From positions 123,380,001 to 123,444,000 of the forward strand of contig OZ024745.1 of NCBI GenBank assembly GCA_964016885.1: 64,000 nt of DNA, written 5' to 3'. Each line of letters opens with the position of its first letter. Position 1 is the stretch's first letter. This stretch comes from Eledone cirrhosa (Eukaryota). The notes below the pieces were generated by a model. It ran no database searches, was not told the DNA's origin, and saw only the letters and a list, made by a program, of their open reading frames with translations. Positions 63,762 to 64,000 of this stretch are shown piece by piece. A program made the position numbers and the translations under genes.

Positions 63762-64000
63762 TATTGTATACACTCTGATGAGTATGAAACCTTTCATAAG
63801 GCCTGCTTTAGCTTGGAAATGGCTTTAATGTATCTAGAACTATATTATCTAATGTGTCAATGCTTTCCTTAAAGAATATTGGATGAAATTTGACTGCTAT
63901 TTCTAGCAGTTTAAATGGCTGCATTGAGGCAGTTCCAATTCAAGAGGGTATTTAAGAGAGAAAGATACTGAATTACAGAAAACGCTGTTCTGTATTATAA

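Noticed and set aside
63771-63796. Functional hammerhead after the long hairpin
   Set aside because: Stem II is essentially absent and stem I has no partner; kept only as a possible remnant.

Overview
AT-rich eukaryotic (animal) non-coding DNA with no recognisable host protein-coding exon, rRNA, true tRNA or CRISPR array. It is probably intronic or intergenic sequence from a coleoid cephalopod such as Octopus; this is inferred from the CORE- and Meta-type tRNA SINEs and the dense (TA)n/(CA)n tracts, not verified. The window is a transposon graveyard. It holds tRNA-derived SINEs, TTAA-flanked piggyBac-type MITEs, hAT and Tc2/pogo-like MITEs, non-autonomous Helitron-like elements, RTE fragments, a 5'-truncated frameshifted L1/Tx1-type LINE (48.8-51.4 kb), two divergent CRE-like restriction-like-endonuclease tails and a Penelope GIY-YIG fragment. 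It also holds a ~7-kb indel-free 10-bp G/T satellite with higher-order structure, two minisatellites and several long hairpins. The most notable signal, invisible in the ORF track, is eight type I hammerhead-ribozyme-like motifs (plus one remnant) from about six sequence families. Most sit in (TA)n tracts, one lies next to the Penelope endonuclease fragment, and two copies of one family carry complementary CpG-decay mutations at the catalytic core. Nearly all listed ORFs are artefacts of repeats. Coordinates were read by eye; ends of degraded repeats are approximate.
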